From NCBI GenBank assembly GCA_020355105.1, contig CP070658.1, forward strand, positions 1,790,688 through 1,842,494: 51,807 bases of DNA, read 5' to 3'. The DNA is from Candidatus Thorarchaeota archaeon (GTDB lineage Archaea > Asgardarchaeota > Thorarchaeia > Thorarchaeales > Thorarchaeaceae). The translations under genes were made by a program, and so were the position numbers. The notes under the pieces were generated by a model that had not been told where the DNA came from, did not search any database, and saw nothing but the letters and a program-made list of their open reading frames with translations. This document shows positions 27,013 to 36,305 of the stretch, piece by piece; position 1 is the first letter of the stretch, and every line of letters starts with the position of its first letter.

Positions 27013-30000
27013 CTAACCAGCGGCGGCTGTGACGGAGAGGTATTCGGAGAAGTCATACAGCTTGACGTTCTCTGGCATCACCATGTCCTCTTCTAGGTAT
27101 TCCGCAGCAGTCAACACCCCGATTATTCGGGTTGACTTGCATGTTCTGCATGCCATTTCGTTGTGGATATGAAGCAGGGTATTCAGCTGTTGTTGGTTTG
27201 GGAATATGACATACGAAACATCATTGTTACACAGATCGAAGTATCCGTGATTCCGTTCGACTTCATTTCCCCGTCCGTTAAGATCCTTCTCCAGAGCGTC
27301 TATGACCGAATCCTTGAATTCTTTCAACATGGCAGAGTTCACAATCCAAAGCCCTTCATGCAGACTCACAAATCCAGGTTTCTCACCTACGCGCAGAGCT
27401 ATGAGGACCTCATCGGCCAGCAATTCTGTCAGTGCACGCGTCCCCTCGTCAACACCAAGTGGAGTTGAGCTCCCCTTGACAGACTGCATTGCAGTTGTTT
27501 CAATGAACTCCAACAAGATGTCCCATTCTATCTTGCCATCTGACAAATCCACGAAATCTTGAATCAGCTGAAACCACAGACGCATCTGAATAGCACGATT
27601 TGTCGCTGATCCGATATCATGCATCGCTCCAATCAAGCCTACCTGTTGAGTTTCAGAAACGTCATCATCGAGCTTCGCCTGTTCAGATAATGAGGCCGAT
27701 TCAGAACTCGAAGGTGTCCGGGGGAGCAGACCCTCAATCATCGCATCCAGTGAGCTCGGAAAGGCCGACACGACTGTCACCGTATCAAAGTCCTCCGAGC
27801 CACTCATAATCTCTCTTAGCTTCGCAGCTGCTACACTCCCCCTCACAATCAAGATAAGCTCAGCTACATTATTACCCAAACCTGTCATGTATTCACGAGT
27901 TTTGTCCAGCATTGATTCCATAGATGATGCTTTCACGTGTTCAGGTAGTATCAGAATCGCTTTGTCCTCAATCAGAATCCCAGACCCATCATCTATGTCT
28001 TCTTCCCGAGTGATTCCGAAAAGCTCCAGTCTTTCTATGATGTAGCCAGTAATTGCATCCTTTACTGCCTGCAGGCCTCGGCCTGGTAATGTGAACACAA
28101 AACCTCCGGGAACTAGGGAAAGGGCCTCTCTATCAACAGTTCCCAAGGATACCAAATCTCGAATGACCTCATGGATGTCTTCTTCCTCCATTCTTGTATC
28201 AATAGACCCAAGAAGCTTTTGTATCTCTGTCTGAGTGGCCAAGTTCCTTGATGCAAGAAACGCTACGACATGCGATCCCAACTCTCCCAATCTATCAAAC
28301 ACGGCACCTGCAGGCTCTTCCAAATCTGTTTCTTCTGATACAACAATAGCTGTATCTTCGTAGTGCGTTCGTTCCGTCAAGTCAAGTGACTCTCTACTCA
28401 GTACCTTCTCGTGTGACTCTGCAATAAAGGGCCAAGTAGCTAGCTCAAAGGTTTCAATGCCAGGCATGACGATGAGTGCTCTCCCACGCTTCATTGTTCT
28501 CAGATACTTCTCCTGACCACCGTCCAGGGACATGAATCTTGCACCCACAATGCTATCATATGGGAGACGAAATGTCACCTTTGTAGCAGTGTTCGCAAGT
28601 ATGTTGGAGGAAACATTGGGTCTTGTTGAAACAACGATGACCCCCTGTCCGGTTGCTCTCTGAAGCATAACCATAGACTCACCTGTAGTCACATCTGCGG
28701 CTGAATGTCTAGCATAGCTCTCTGGTACAAGATTGCTGGCTTCTTCGAGTACAACCACATGATGGAGACCGGGTCTGATGCCTCTTTGGAGTGCATAGTC
28801 GAAGATACGTTTTGCAATTAGGTTGTACAACAGTCTAGCGGCCTCCATGCCGCCAGTTCTTGCTACGTACTGAAGATCAAGAATCACACGTTTGTCCATC
28901 AACTCGGAGATTCTCACTGCATTAGGCCCACCACCGAGTATCGAACCTAGTGGTTCCCGTGAGAGTATCTCCAGACGATTCGTTAATGCATCCCGAGTCA
29001 TCCCTCCAATTCGATCGTTGCCTGCCAATTCGGAGATTGCCTCAAGGAGACTCTGAACCGAGCGTCCTTTCTCCTGCCTCTCTGCAACTCTGAGAACCGC
29101 CTCCCGCAGGAGCCTTTCCATTGCCGGGGATAATTCCGAGGCGGGTCCTCTCTCAGTAAGTACTTCTCTTAGTATCGTGAAGGTCGTATGAGCGTGCCTC
29201 TCAAGAGAGTCAACCTCAGAATCCATGAAGTCTATCACAAACGACGAATCGATTCCAGGTCGTAGTACAAGTATCTCTTCATCACATTCGTCCAAGAGGT
29301 CCACATAATCGGACCCTTTGATATCAAAGACCCACCAAGGCGTTTTCGACTTTCTACTCAATTCCGCCATAAGGTGTTTGACGAGAGTCGTCTTTCCAGT
29401 ACCTGTTGCTCCAAGGACAGCTACATGTTCTCGCAACCATTCCGTCCTGAGCCCGACGATGTTCAAACGTCGACCACCAAAGACGGCCTGACCGATTCTC
29501 AATTCATTGTCTACGAATTCCTTGGCAGGTACTGGGAAGTCAGGAATCTGAGAAGCAGCTATCACTGGCAACTGCTGGACAGGTGTATTGACAAAGGCCA
29601 CTAACCTACTAACATGAGTTCTCTGTCGTGTGATGTGCCGACGCAGAAGCATTCTCAAGGCAGTCTTCCTTCCAATTGCCTTTCTCTTCAAACGGATGTT
29701 GTCATCATCGCCCCATATTGAGTGAACAAGTCCAACAATCCGTTCCTGAATCTCTCGCATGCGTACTGAGGTATCAGACTTCATCAAGATGTGGACAGTC
29801 GTGTCAAACCAACCGGCACTGCTTCGAATCTCTTCATAATGCTGTACAAGTTTCCTTTTCTTAGACTGATCAGCCAGCGAGTCTTCTTTCCGTTTCTCTC
29901 TCTCACGAATCGTGCTCCACTGCCTCTCCATTCTCCTCTGTTCTCTTCCTGGTCTAGCTCTTGAGAAGACACAGGAGAAGACCACGTCACATCCTTGTTT

Positions 30001-30786
30001 CAAGGCTGTTGAGATGAATGTACCCACTTGAGAACTCTCTGCCAAGGGTAGGACACGCGGCTCTCCCGTGAGCATCATCAAGCCGTTTCTATCCGCTTCA
30101 AAAGAAAGGCCAGAATCACTATCGAACTCGGCATCAATCAGTCCCAGTGAGGCCTCTCTAAGCTCATCACCTTTGAGTTGATGTAGTTCAATATTGCTCA
30201 AGGAGGCCAAGAGAATTGCCTCCGTCCGAGTAGCTTCTCTCCTCAACAACTCACCAATCTCATCAATCGCCCTACCTGATGCAGTAATGAAGATGCGCAG
30301 ATAGGGCTCACCATTCAAGACCCCCGCCTCGTAAGTCATATTCACGCGCCCATCCATTCCGGTACGCAGTGCCAGCAAGAAGCTCGTGTCGTATTCAGGA
30401 CGTTCATTCTCTCCTGTACGGACGGAGCCCGGGACAGAAGTGATGTCCAGGCAGCATACCGCAACCACATGCTGGTGCAGGCGCAGCACGAGTAGGTCAT
30501 TGACAATCTCCATTAGAGTCTGTTCTGATAGCAGCTTCCGTGTCAGCACAAGACAACCCATAGACAGAGGCATTCCACAGACAAAGACCTCCACCAGAAA
30601 CTTGGACGGAATCGGCACAGAATCCACCAAGCCAGCCAGAGGGAGTATATACACAAGAAGGAGATAGAGTGCACAGCACACAACTCCCAGAATCCAAGTC
30701 AATTCTATCCCACGCCATAGTCTTGGATGCATCTCCCAATGAGCTGCATCTCTCGTGTCTTCCTTGTGCAGCCTCTCACTAGACAT
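27013..30786 (-). CDS. Membrane-anchored FtsK/HerA/VirB4-superfamily ATPase (DUF87-like core) with large N- and C-terminal extensions
   Basis: Two N-terminal hydrophobic helices; Walker A VLGATGTGKTT; Walker B HHVVVLEEASNL; VIVVSTRPN...ANT.TKV.FRL as in HerA/DUF87. The ~470-aa C-terminal extension includes a wHTH-like stretch. Confidence 0.75.
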   Translation of the reverse strand: MSSERLHKEDTRDAAHWEMHPRLWRGIELTWILGVVCCALYLLLVYILPLAGLVDSVPIPSKFLVEVFVCGMPLSMGCLVLTRKLLSEQTLMEIVNDLLVLRLHQHVVAVCCLDITSVPGSVRTGENERPEYDTSFLLALRTGMDGRVNMTYEAGVLNGEPYLRIFITASGRAIDEIGELLRREATRTEAILLASLSNIELHQLKGDELREASLGLIDAEFDSDSGLSFEADRNGLMMLTGEPRVLPLAESSQVGTFISTALKQGCDVVFSCVFSRARPGREQRRMERQWSTIREREKRKEDSLADQSKKRKLVQHYEEIRSSAGWFDTTVHILMKSDTSVRMREIQERIVGLVHSIWGDDDNIRLKRKAIGRKTALRMLLRRHITRQRTHVSRLVAFVNTPVQQLPVIAASQIPDFPVPAKEFVDNELRIGQAVFGGRRLNIVGLRTEWLREHVAVLGATGTGKTTLVKHLMAELSRKSKTPWWVFDIKGSDYVDLLDECDEEILVLRPGIDSSFVIDFMDSEVDSLERHAHTTFTILREVLTERGPASELSPAMERLLREAVLRVAERQEKGRSVQSLLEAISELAGNDRIGGMTRDALTNRLEILSREPLGSILGGGPNAVRISELMDKRVILDLQYVARTGGMEAARLLYNLIAKRIFDYALQRGIRPGLHHVVVLEEASNLVPESYARHSAADVTTGESMVMLQRATGQGVIVVSTRPNVSSNILANTATKVTFRLPYDSIVGARFMSLDGGQEKYLRTMKRGRALIVMPGIETFELATWPFIAESHEKVLSRESLDLTERTHYEDTAIVVSEETDLEEPAGAVFDRLGELGSHVVAFLASRNLATQTEIQKLLGSIDTRMEEEDIHEVIRDLVSLGTVDREALSLVPGGFVFTLPGRGLQAVKDAITGYIIERLELFGITREEDIDDGSGILIEDKAILILPEHVKASSMESMLDKTREYMTGLGNNVAELILIVRGSVAAAKLREIMSGSEDFDTVTVVSAFPSSLDAMIEGLLPRTPSSSESASLSEQAKLDDDVSETQQVGLIGAMHDIGSATNRAIQMRLWFQLIQDFVDLSDGKIEWDILLEFIETTAMQSVKGSSTPLGVDEGTRALTELLADEVLIALRVGEKPGFVSLHEGLWIVNSAMLKEFKDSVIDALEKDLNGRGNEVERNHGYFDLCNNDVSYVIFPNQQQLNTLLHIHNEMACRTCKSTRIIGVLTAAEYLEEDMVMPENVKLYDFSEYLSVTAAAG

Positions 30787-31042
30787 TCATTATCACCATA
30801 TCCGAGGGCAAGGCACGAAGCATTTCCGCTCGATTATACGTCTAGCTACTCGTATTCCTTGTTGACATATGAACTCCCCCCGATATCCATCAATGCCCAA
30901 ACTGACTAGAAATAGCCTCCTCCATCGGTAGGAGATTAAAAACCAATGAGTGGACTCATGAACAGATCAGAAACCTGTTCTTACCGCGCCGTGAGTCCAC
31001 AATCTGATAATAACGGTTCATGAAACCCGCGAAATCATTGAG

Positions 31043-33016
31043 GTGTTGCCCCTGAGGAGGCTTACTCTAGCTGTAATTCTTGCAATTACGTTGTCAATCA
31101 TCATCTCACTGGCAGATGCAGAGAATGCCGTTGCACAGGAGGATTCTATCGTACTAAGAGGAGGCCTAGTACCTATCAATGCAAGACTCCTTCAGAATGG
31201 GTCCTACGGCTATCCTGTGAGTGAGCAGCGTCTGGACTTCTATGATTGTCTGCTGAACTCGTTCATAGGCTTCTCATTTACAGACAGCGATGGCTACGCC
31301 TTGATATACTGGAACCTCACTTTCGACCACCCACTTGGTCCTACTCTGCTCAATGTGACCTTCGAAGGCAACGATACGCTTTCTCTTGCTCCATCCTGCC
31401 AATGGACAACCGTGACGGTTGTTTCGGGTACGCACATAGACCTAGAACACACTCAACAAGCCTACCACCCTGGAGACCAAATCTCATTCTTGGTTGAACT
31501 CTCCGATGATCAAAGTGAAGCTATTCCGAATGCATCGATAGCTGTCTATCATGATGATATTCTACTTGCCGAAGATTACACAAATGAAACAGGTCAAGTC
31601 ACATTCAACCTAGGCTGTAACACATCTTGGTGTTCCTTGGGCAACAACGAAATCAGAGTGGTCTATGAACCAGCTACGTCAAGATATCACAATAAATCTG
31701 AGCACTCCATTCTGGTTGAAGTACAACAGATTCTGACATCAATTGAACTGGAGGATATGAATGGGACCCAGTTTCAGCTAGACGAGTTTCTATGGCTGAA
31801 GTTGAATGTGAGTGCCGACGGCGAGGGTCTTCCTAACGCCAACCTGAGTGTCCTTTTGGACGGATACCTCATTTCGAGTACCACAACTGACCCATTTGGA
31901 GTTACTGAGCATCTAATGCACATTGATCACTTGTTTGGATTGGGTCCACATAGAGTAGGAATAGAGTATGGTGGCACAGATCGTCATACGGCCGCTCATC
32001 TTGAAGTAGACATCGTGGTGACAAGCCCGGCCACGATATCTATAATGCTACCGGACTACACAATCTTTGGAGATGAATCTCAGATACAGTTGGGGATTCA
32101 TGATTCACTTGGTAGACCGATTCCAGGAGTTCATGTCACAATCCATGATGAATCCACAAATGAAACAATGGACATTCCTGTACCCCTGGGCCACACAAGC
32201 ACTGAATTCCAACATGTCTTCACAGGTCCAACCGGTATCAGAGGTCTATTGACTACAGTATCAGGGAATCCTTACCTTACAAATACAACCCAGTTATTCT
32301 CGGTGACTGTTTGGCTCAAGCCAACAATCTCGATGATCGAAACCAACATTCTCGGTTATGCGTCCCCTGGACAAAGGCTCTCATTTCGTGCCCAACTGAA
32401 CTCGAGTGGAACCAGCCTTCCAGACCGACCTGTCGATGCCCGGATAAACGAAACAGTCTTACCATCTCAAATCACTGATTCATACGGGTTCGCGAACGTA
32501 ACACTGTTCGCTCCCGAAGCCGAAGGACGATACGTCCTGGTCCTAAAGGTCAATGGCAGTTCCGTTTCGTATGAGCTTTCAGCAGTTCTTGAATATGCAC
32601 TCGTTGTGAGCAGAGTGATGCCTGTCCAAGTTGACCTGACATACTACATCATTAGCCCGGAACTCAAAGAGATTCGGGTTTATCTCATGATAAGATGTTT
32701 GAATGGCACACCATTGGATGGAGTCACACTAAACTACGAATGGCTGGACATCAGCACATCCGCAATCGCCATACAATCCGGTCTAGCCGAACTCATTCTC
32801 CCCATGCCCCCAAGTGCTGGTTTCTATAGACTTCACCATTACACAGACGGAACTCAACATCTTCATCCATCTTCGGGACATTCTCTTATTGCAATATCTG
32901 AAGCAGATGTTCAAGCGGCACAAGGCATTGGAATACTTGGTCTGGTGCTGACTCTCTGTGTTTCAGTCAGTCTTGTCGGCATTCCAGCACTATATCGGAA
33001 ACATCTAATTAGCTAG
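31043..33016 (+). CDS. Secreted, C-terminally membrane-anchored surface protein with repeated beta-rich (Ig-like) modules and many N-x-S/T sequons
   Basis: Signal-like N-terminus LTLAVILAITLSIIISLADA, repeated ...TD..G.. modules, and a C-terminal TM helix followed by a basic tail (GILGLVLTLCVSVSLVGIPALYRKH). Confidence 0.65.
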   Translation: MLPLRRLTLAVILAITLSIIISLADAENAVAQEDSIVLRGGLVPINARLLQNGSYGYPVSEQRLDFYDCLLNSFIGFSFTDSDGYALIYWNLTFDHPLGPTLLNVTFEGNDTLSLAPSCQWTTVTVVSGTHIDLEHTQQAYHPGDQISFLVELSDDQSEAIPNASIAVYHDDILLAEDYTNETGQVTFNLGCNTSWCSLGNNEIRVVYEPATSRYHNKSEHSILVEVQQILTSIELEDMNGTQFQLDEFLWLKLNVSADGEGLPNANLSVLLDGYLISSTTTDPFGVTEHLMHIDHLFGLGPHRVGIEYGGTDRHTAAHLEVDIVVTSPATISIMLPDYTIFGDESQIQLGIHDSLGRPIPGVHVTIHDESTNETMDIPVPLGHTSTEFQHVFTGPTGIRGLLTTVSGNPYLTNTTQLFSVTVWLKPTISMIETNILGYASPGQRLSFRAQLNSSGTSLPDRPVDARINETVLPSQITDSYGFANVTLFAPEAEGRYVLVLKVNGSSVSYELSAVLEYALVVSRVMPVQVDLTYYIISPELKEIRVYLMIRCLNGTPLDGVTLNYEWLDISTSAIAIQSGLAELILPMPPSAGFYRLHHYTDGTQHLHPSSGHSLIAISEADVQAAQGIGILGLVLTLCVSVSLVGIPALYRKHLIS

Positions 33017-33027
33017 AGAAATGAATC

Positions 33028-33138
33028 TGGTGCTCCGGCCGGGATTCGAACCCGGGTCGGGGGATCGAGAGTCCCCCATGCTGGGCCGGACTACACACGG
33101 CTACATCACGAGAATCTTCACGACGTATCTACCGGAGC
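33028..33138 (-). tRNA. tRNA, read as tRNA-Glu(CUC), with a ~33-nt insertion near positions 9/10 (putative non-canonical intron); CCA encoded
   Basis: Revcomp gives acceptor GCTCCGG/CCGGAGC, T-arm CCGGG-TTCGAAT-CCCGG, anticodon arm GGGGA-CTCTCGA-TCCCC and D-arm GTGT-AGTCCGGCCCA-GCAT. An extra GATACGTCGTGAAGATTCTCGTGATGTAGCCGT lies between the acceptor and the D-stem. Confidence 0.6.
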
Positions 33139-33242
33139 TAACGGGAACCAGTCCGGAGCGGGAGTGCTCCCTCAAGACCGCAAATAAGGCTTTCCCAAAG
33201 ACGGCCTCTCTGGGGCAGTTTACTGGTCATAATCGAATGGCA

Positions 33243-33443
33243 CTATGGAAAAAGACTGGTGAAACTACTCCAACTGTCCTCCAGCAGCTGCAGAAGACTT
33301 CCTATGATGTCTTGTGCCCACCCAGTAGCCTGAAGGATAACTGCGATGACTATCGATACAGTGACCACTGCGAGACCCAAGAGGAGACTCTCCTCCACCA
33401 AAGGGCCACCTGACTCATCTGCGATGAGGTCTCTCTCGTTCAT
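33243..33443 (-). CDS. Small pilin-like / VirB2- or Flp-like hydrophobic protein candidate
   Basis: 66 aa with a charged leader, then GG-PLVEE and a ~22-residue hydrophobic helix. A Glu sits at about +5 of a possible G|G cleavage site. The gene lies directly downstream of the secretion ATPase. Confidence 0.4.
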   Translation of the reverse strand: MNERDLIADESGGPLVEESLLLGLAVVTVSIVIAVILQATGWAQDIIGSLLQLLEDSWSSFTSLFP

Positions 33444-33512
33444 TGACAGTTACACCTGAACTGACATCCCCGAAACCGTATTTTAAGTGCCCCAAAAAGC
33501 TGCGACAGGAAT

Positions 33513-35210
33513 CTAGGTCCCCAAGGATTGCATTGGATGGCCTTCTCCCCATAAGCGGTCACTCAAAGAAGGATTCGACCCTGTAGATGACGAGCTCTTC
33601 TCATGCTCCAGACACGTTAGGATTGTTTCGAAGGCAGGAACATGACTTTCAAGTCCCATCCGATGTGCATGGAACATGAACGCACCATCCTGCGCCCATT
33701 TCACGGATTCAGGATTCCGCCAATCGTATAGTGTATTGAGACCAGAGAACATAAGGAACCCATCGACAACCTCTCTGCGAATCTCAACAATCTGATTCAC
33801 TCGCCGATATGACTTACCGGGTACCGGTCTTTCCATTGTGACAATGAGATCTAGCAGAGCCACATTCGTCTTCTCTATCCCGTGTCCCGAAGTCCATCGA
33901 GCCACGAGACTTGCTGCAGAATCACTATGACACGTCTGCAGTACCTTAAGTCCGGCTGCAATAGCTTGGAAGAGTGCTCTGCTGTGTTCAGCTGTCTGTA
34001 TCTCACCGAGAACAAGATAGTCGGGGGATCGATGAAGGCTCTTCACTATCTCTGAGGTCTTGTCAAACCTGGTGCTGATCTCATCAACAGGGTCGACCCG
34101 AATTCGAACTTGATGGTGATTGGTCAAGACTCTACTCTCAATCGCATCCTCGATGTATATTTTCCTCCACATTGATGGCGCACTCATATCCAGAGCGTTC
34201 AGCAAGGTCGTCTTTCCTGTGCCTGGACCTCCTGTTATGGTTATATTGAATCTGGAACCGACAGCCAATGTCAAGGCCGCGGCAGCCTTCAGGCTAAGGG
34301 TTTTGTTTAGCACCAAGTCCATAATCGAGAATGGAGATTCTTTTGCTCGTCGAATCTCCAGATTAACACCGTCGGGACTTAGTGGAGGCATGCTGATAGC
34401 TAGACGTAAATCTATGTCGTAGAGTCGAAGATTAGTCTTGAGTGAAGGATTTCTTCTGTCCAGATGTAGATTGCTTTCAGCTCTTACTAGGGTGGCCAGA
34501 CTTGCGACGTCGTCTTGGTCCAGGACAAGATTAGAAGAGCATCTCCCGAAATGTTGATGGTCAAAATAGACTGGGACTCCAGGTCGATCTACGTAGACCT
34601 CCTCCACTCCATCATCCAACAAGATTGGAAGAAACGGTCCTATCACAGATGTCCGACCAGCTACAGTATCAGCTATTCTTCCTCGTGTAGTATCGCTTAT
34701 TTCTGGCAATATCTGCTCGATTCTTGCCGAAACACACTCAGACACATGCTGAAGTCTGTCTGATAGCTCCATTCTGACGCTCGGCATGTCTTCTGTGAGC
34801 TTCTGAAGATCATCACTAAGCCTGTCTAGCAGACCAAATTCAAGGGGGCTTCTTACCAAGGGGTGAGTTCTATGGAGGATGCTGCTTTCACCAGTCCTGT
34901 CAAAGAAAAGAGAGAGATAGGGACCAATAGTATAGACATCTAGTAGATTGAAACGAGAATCAAGCAGCTGAGCATAGTCATCAATGAAGACTGTTTCCCA
35001 ATCGCCCCCCTTCCATGGCGGCCTAATCGGAACCTGTCCCTCAAGACCCCCCACATGAACCAAGTTCTTCTCTGGCTCTAGTATCACCGCTTTGGATGAA
35101 TCATCATTCATGAAAGAAACAAGCCTAGAACATGTGGACAAAGAGGAGTCTAAACACTTCTTGCACCTTTCTTCCGGACATCTGAATACAACCACACCAC
35201 ATTTCGACAT
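33513..35210 (-). CDS. Type II/IV secretion-family ATPase (VirB11/PilB/ArlI/TadA-like)
   Basis: Contains LDDGVEEVYVDRPG.PVY, Walker A GGPGTGKTT, IYIEDAIE, RSPDYLVLGEIQ..E and the His-box TCHS. There is an N-terminal Cys cluster, CPEERCKKC. Confidence 0.8.
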   Translation of the reverse strand: MSKCGVVVFRCPEERCKKCLDSSLSTCSRLVSFMNDDSSKAVILEPEKNLVHVGGLEGQVPIRPPWKGGDWETVFIDDYAQLLDSRFNLLDVYTIGPYLSLFFDRTGESSILHRTHPLVRSPLEFGLLDRLSDDLQKLTEDMPSVRMELSDRLQHVSECVSARIEQILPEISDTTRGRIADTVAGRTSVIGPFLPILLDDGVEEVYVDRPGVPVYFDHQHFGRCSSNLVLDQDDVASLATLVRAESNLHLDRRNPSLKTNLRLYDIDLRLAISMPPLSPDGVNLEIRRAKESPFSIMDLVLNKTLSLKAAAALTLAVGSRFNITITGGPGTGKTTLLNALDMSAPSMWRKIYIEDAIESRVLTNHHQVRIRVDPVDEISTRFDKTSEIVKSLHRSPDYLVLGEIQTAEHSRALFQAIAAGLKVLQTCHSDSAASLVARWTSGHGIEKTNVALLDLIVTMERPVPGKSYRRVNQIVEIRREVVDGFLMFSGLNTLYDWRNPESVKWAQDGAFMFHAHRMGLESHVPAFETILTCLEHEKSSSSTGSNPSLSDRLWGEGHPMQSLGT

Positions 35211-35264
35211 TTTCTCTCACAACTCAAACAGAATGACACATTGCAAATCGGTCAAGAACCGTGC

Positions 35265-36305
35265 CTAGGTATGCTCAGTGAGCACCACAATCTCCTTCTT
35301 CATCATCCCAAAGTGATCACGGATACTGTACTCTGCTACCTTGGTCGCGTTGGACGTGAGTTTCTGAGTGAGCACAGAGCGTCTTCCGTGTTCATCTGCA
35401 ATCAATCGGTCACTAGCATAAGCCGCAGAAACTGTGAATATGAATGGATTTCGACCACCCCTTCTCGAAGCCGGTATGGTTCCAAGAATCTCAAGCATCT
35501 TGTTTCTTAGTGCGTTCTCATAGGTTCTCAAGTCCCAACCACGAGCCCGTATCTTTCTGACGACTTTGTCACTATTCATCAACATCGAGAGAACTCTTGG
35601 CACATAATCCTCCGGACGACGAATCTGAGGAGCAATCCCTGTCAGTGATTTGAGCTTCAATGCTTCTCTGACTATAGCTCTGACATTCACTCGATGACCA
35701 CACTTCTCGAATGTGCTAGCTATCTCATCCAACGTTATCGGTGCACCATCCTTATACTCGCGAACAGCCATAAGCAAACATACTGCAATGAGTAGGATGT
35801 TGTTCGTAATCTTAGTGGACGCCTCCGTGACTATCTTCTTGTAGAGGTATGCAGTACGGTCACGCACTTGTTCACTCAGCATTAACAGCTTCGAAACATG
35901 ATTGAGTGTTCGGAGAGCCCTGTATTTTGCCTCGTTCCTACCTATCCTTACTCGTGTACTGTAGACTACTTTTAGACGCTTGAATCTCTTTTGCGATCTC
36001 GCTGATAGAGTCTGACCCTGCGCATCTTGAAAGTACTTCTCTTTATGAAAACCAATGTAGCTTCCAAGTCCATCTACAATGTGCATCCGATTACCCAAGG
36101 AAACATAGACAGTTGCATCAGGCTTGTCACTGTGCCGTTCCTCACCCATTTGATAAGTGGGCAGGACATACTCTCTGGAAATGACCAGACCGCACTCCGC
36201 ACAGACTATGTACCCTTGGTTCACCACTAGCAGTCCTGAACAGTCAGGACAAGACCACGATGAGCTCTGAATAGTCTCGAATGTTTCATCAATCAAAGAC
36301 CACAC
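35265..36305 (-). CDS. tfb: Transcription initiation factor IIB (TFB) family protein, divergent paralog
   Basis: N-terminal zinc ribbon CPDCSG...CAECG followed by two cyclin-like repeats. The B-reader/linker region is atypical and longer than usual. Confidence 0.75.
   Translation of the reverse strand: MWSLIDETFETIQSSSWSCPDCSGLLVVNQGYIVCAECGLVISREYVLPTYQMGEERHSDKPDATVYVSLGNRMHIVDGLGSYIGFHKEKYFQDAQGQTLSARSQKRFKRLKVVYSTRVRIGRNEAKYRALRTLNHVSKLLMLSEQVRDRTAYLYKKIVTEASTKITNNILLIAVCLLMAVREYKDGAPITLDEIASTFEKCGHRVNVRAIVREALKLKSLTGIAPQIRRPEDYVPRVLSMLMNSDKVVRKIRARGWDLRTYENALRNKMLEILGTIPASRRGGRNPFIFTVSAAYASDRLIADEHGRRSVLTQKLTSNATKVAEYSIRDHFGMMKKEIVVLTEHT

Noticed and set aside
33021-33413. 130-aa plus-strand ORF
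   Set aside because: Its 5' part is the antisense of the tRNA-Glu gene, and the rest overlaps the pilin-like gene region. It has no protein-like motifs, so I treat it as spurious.
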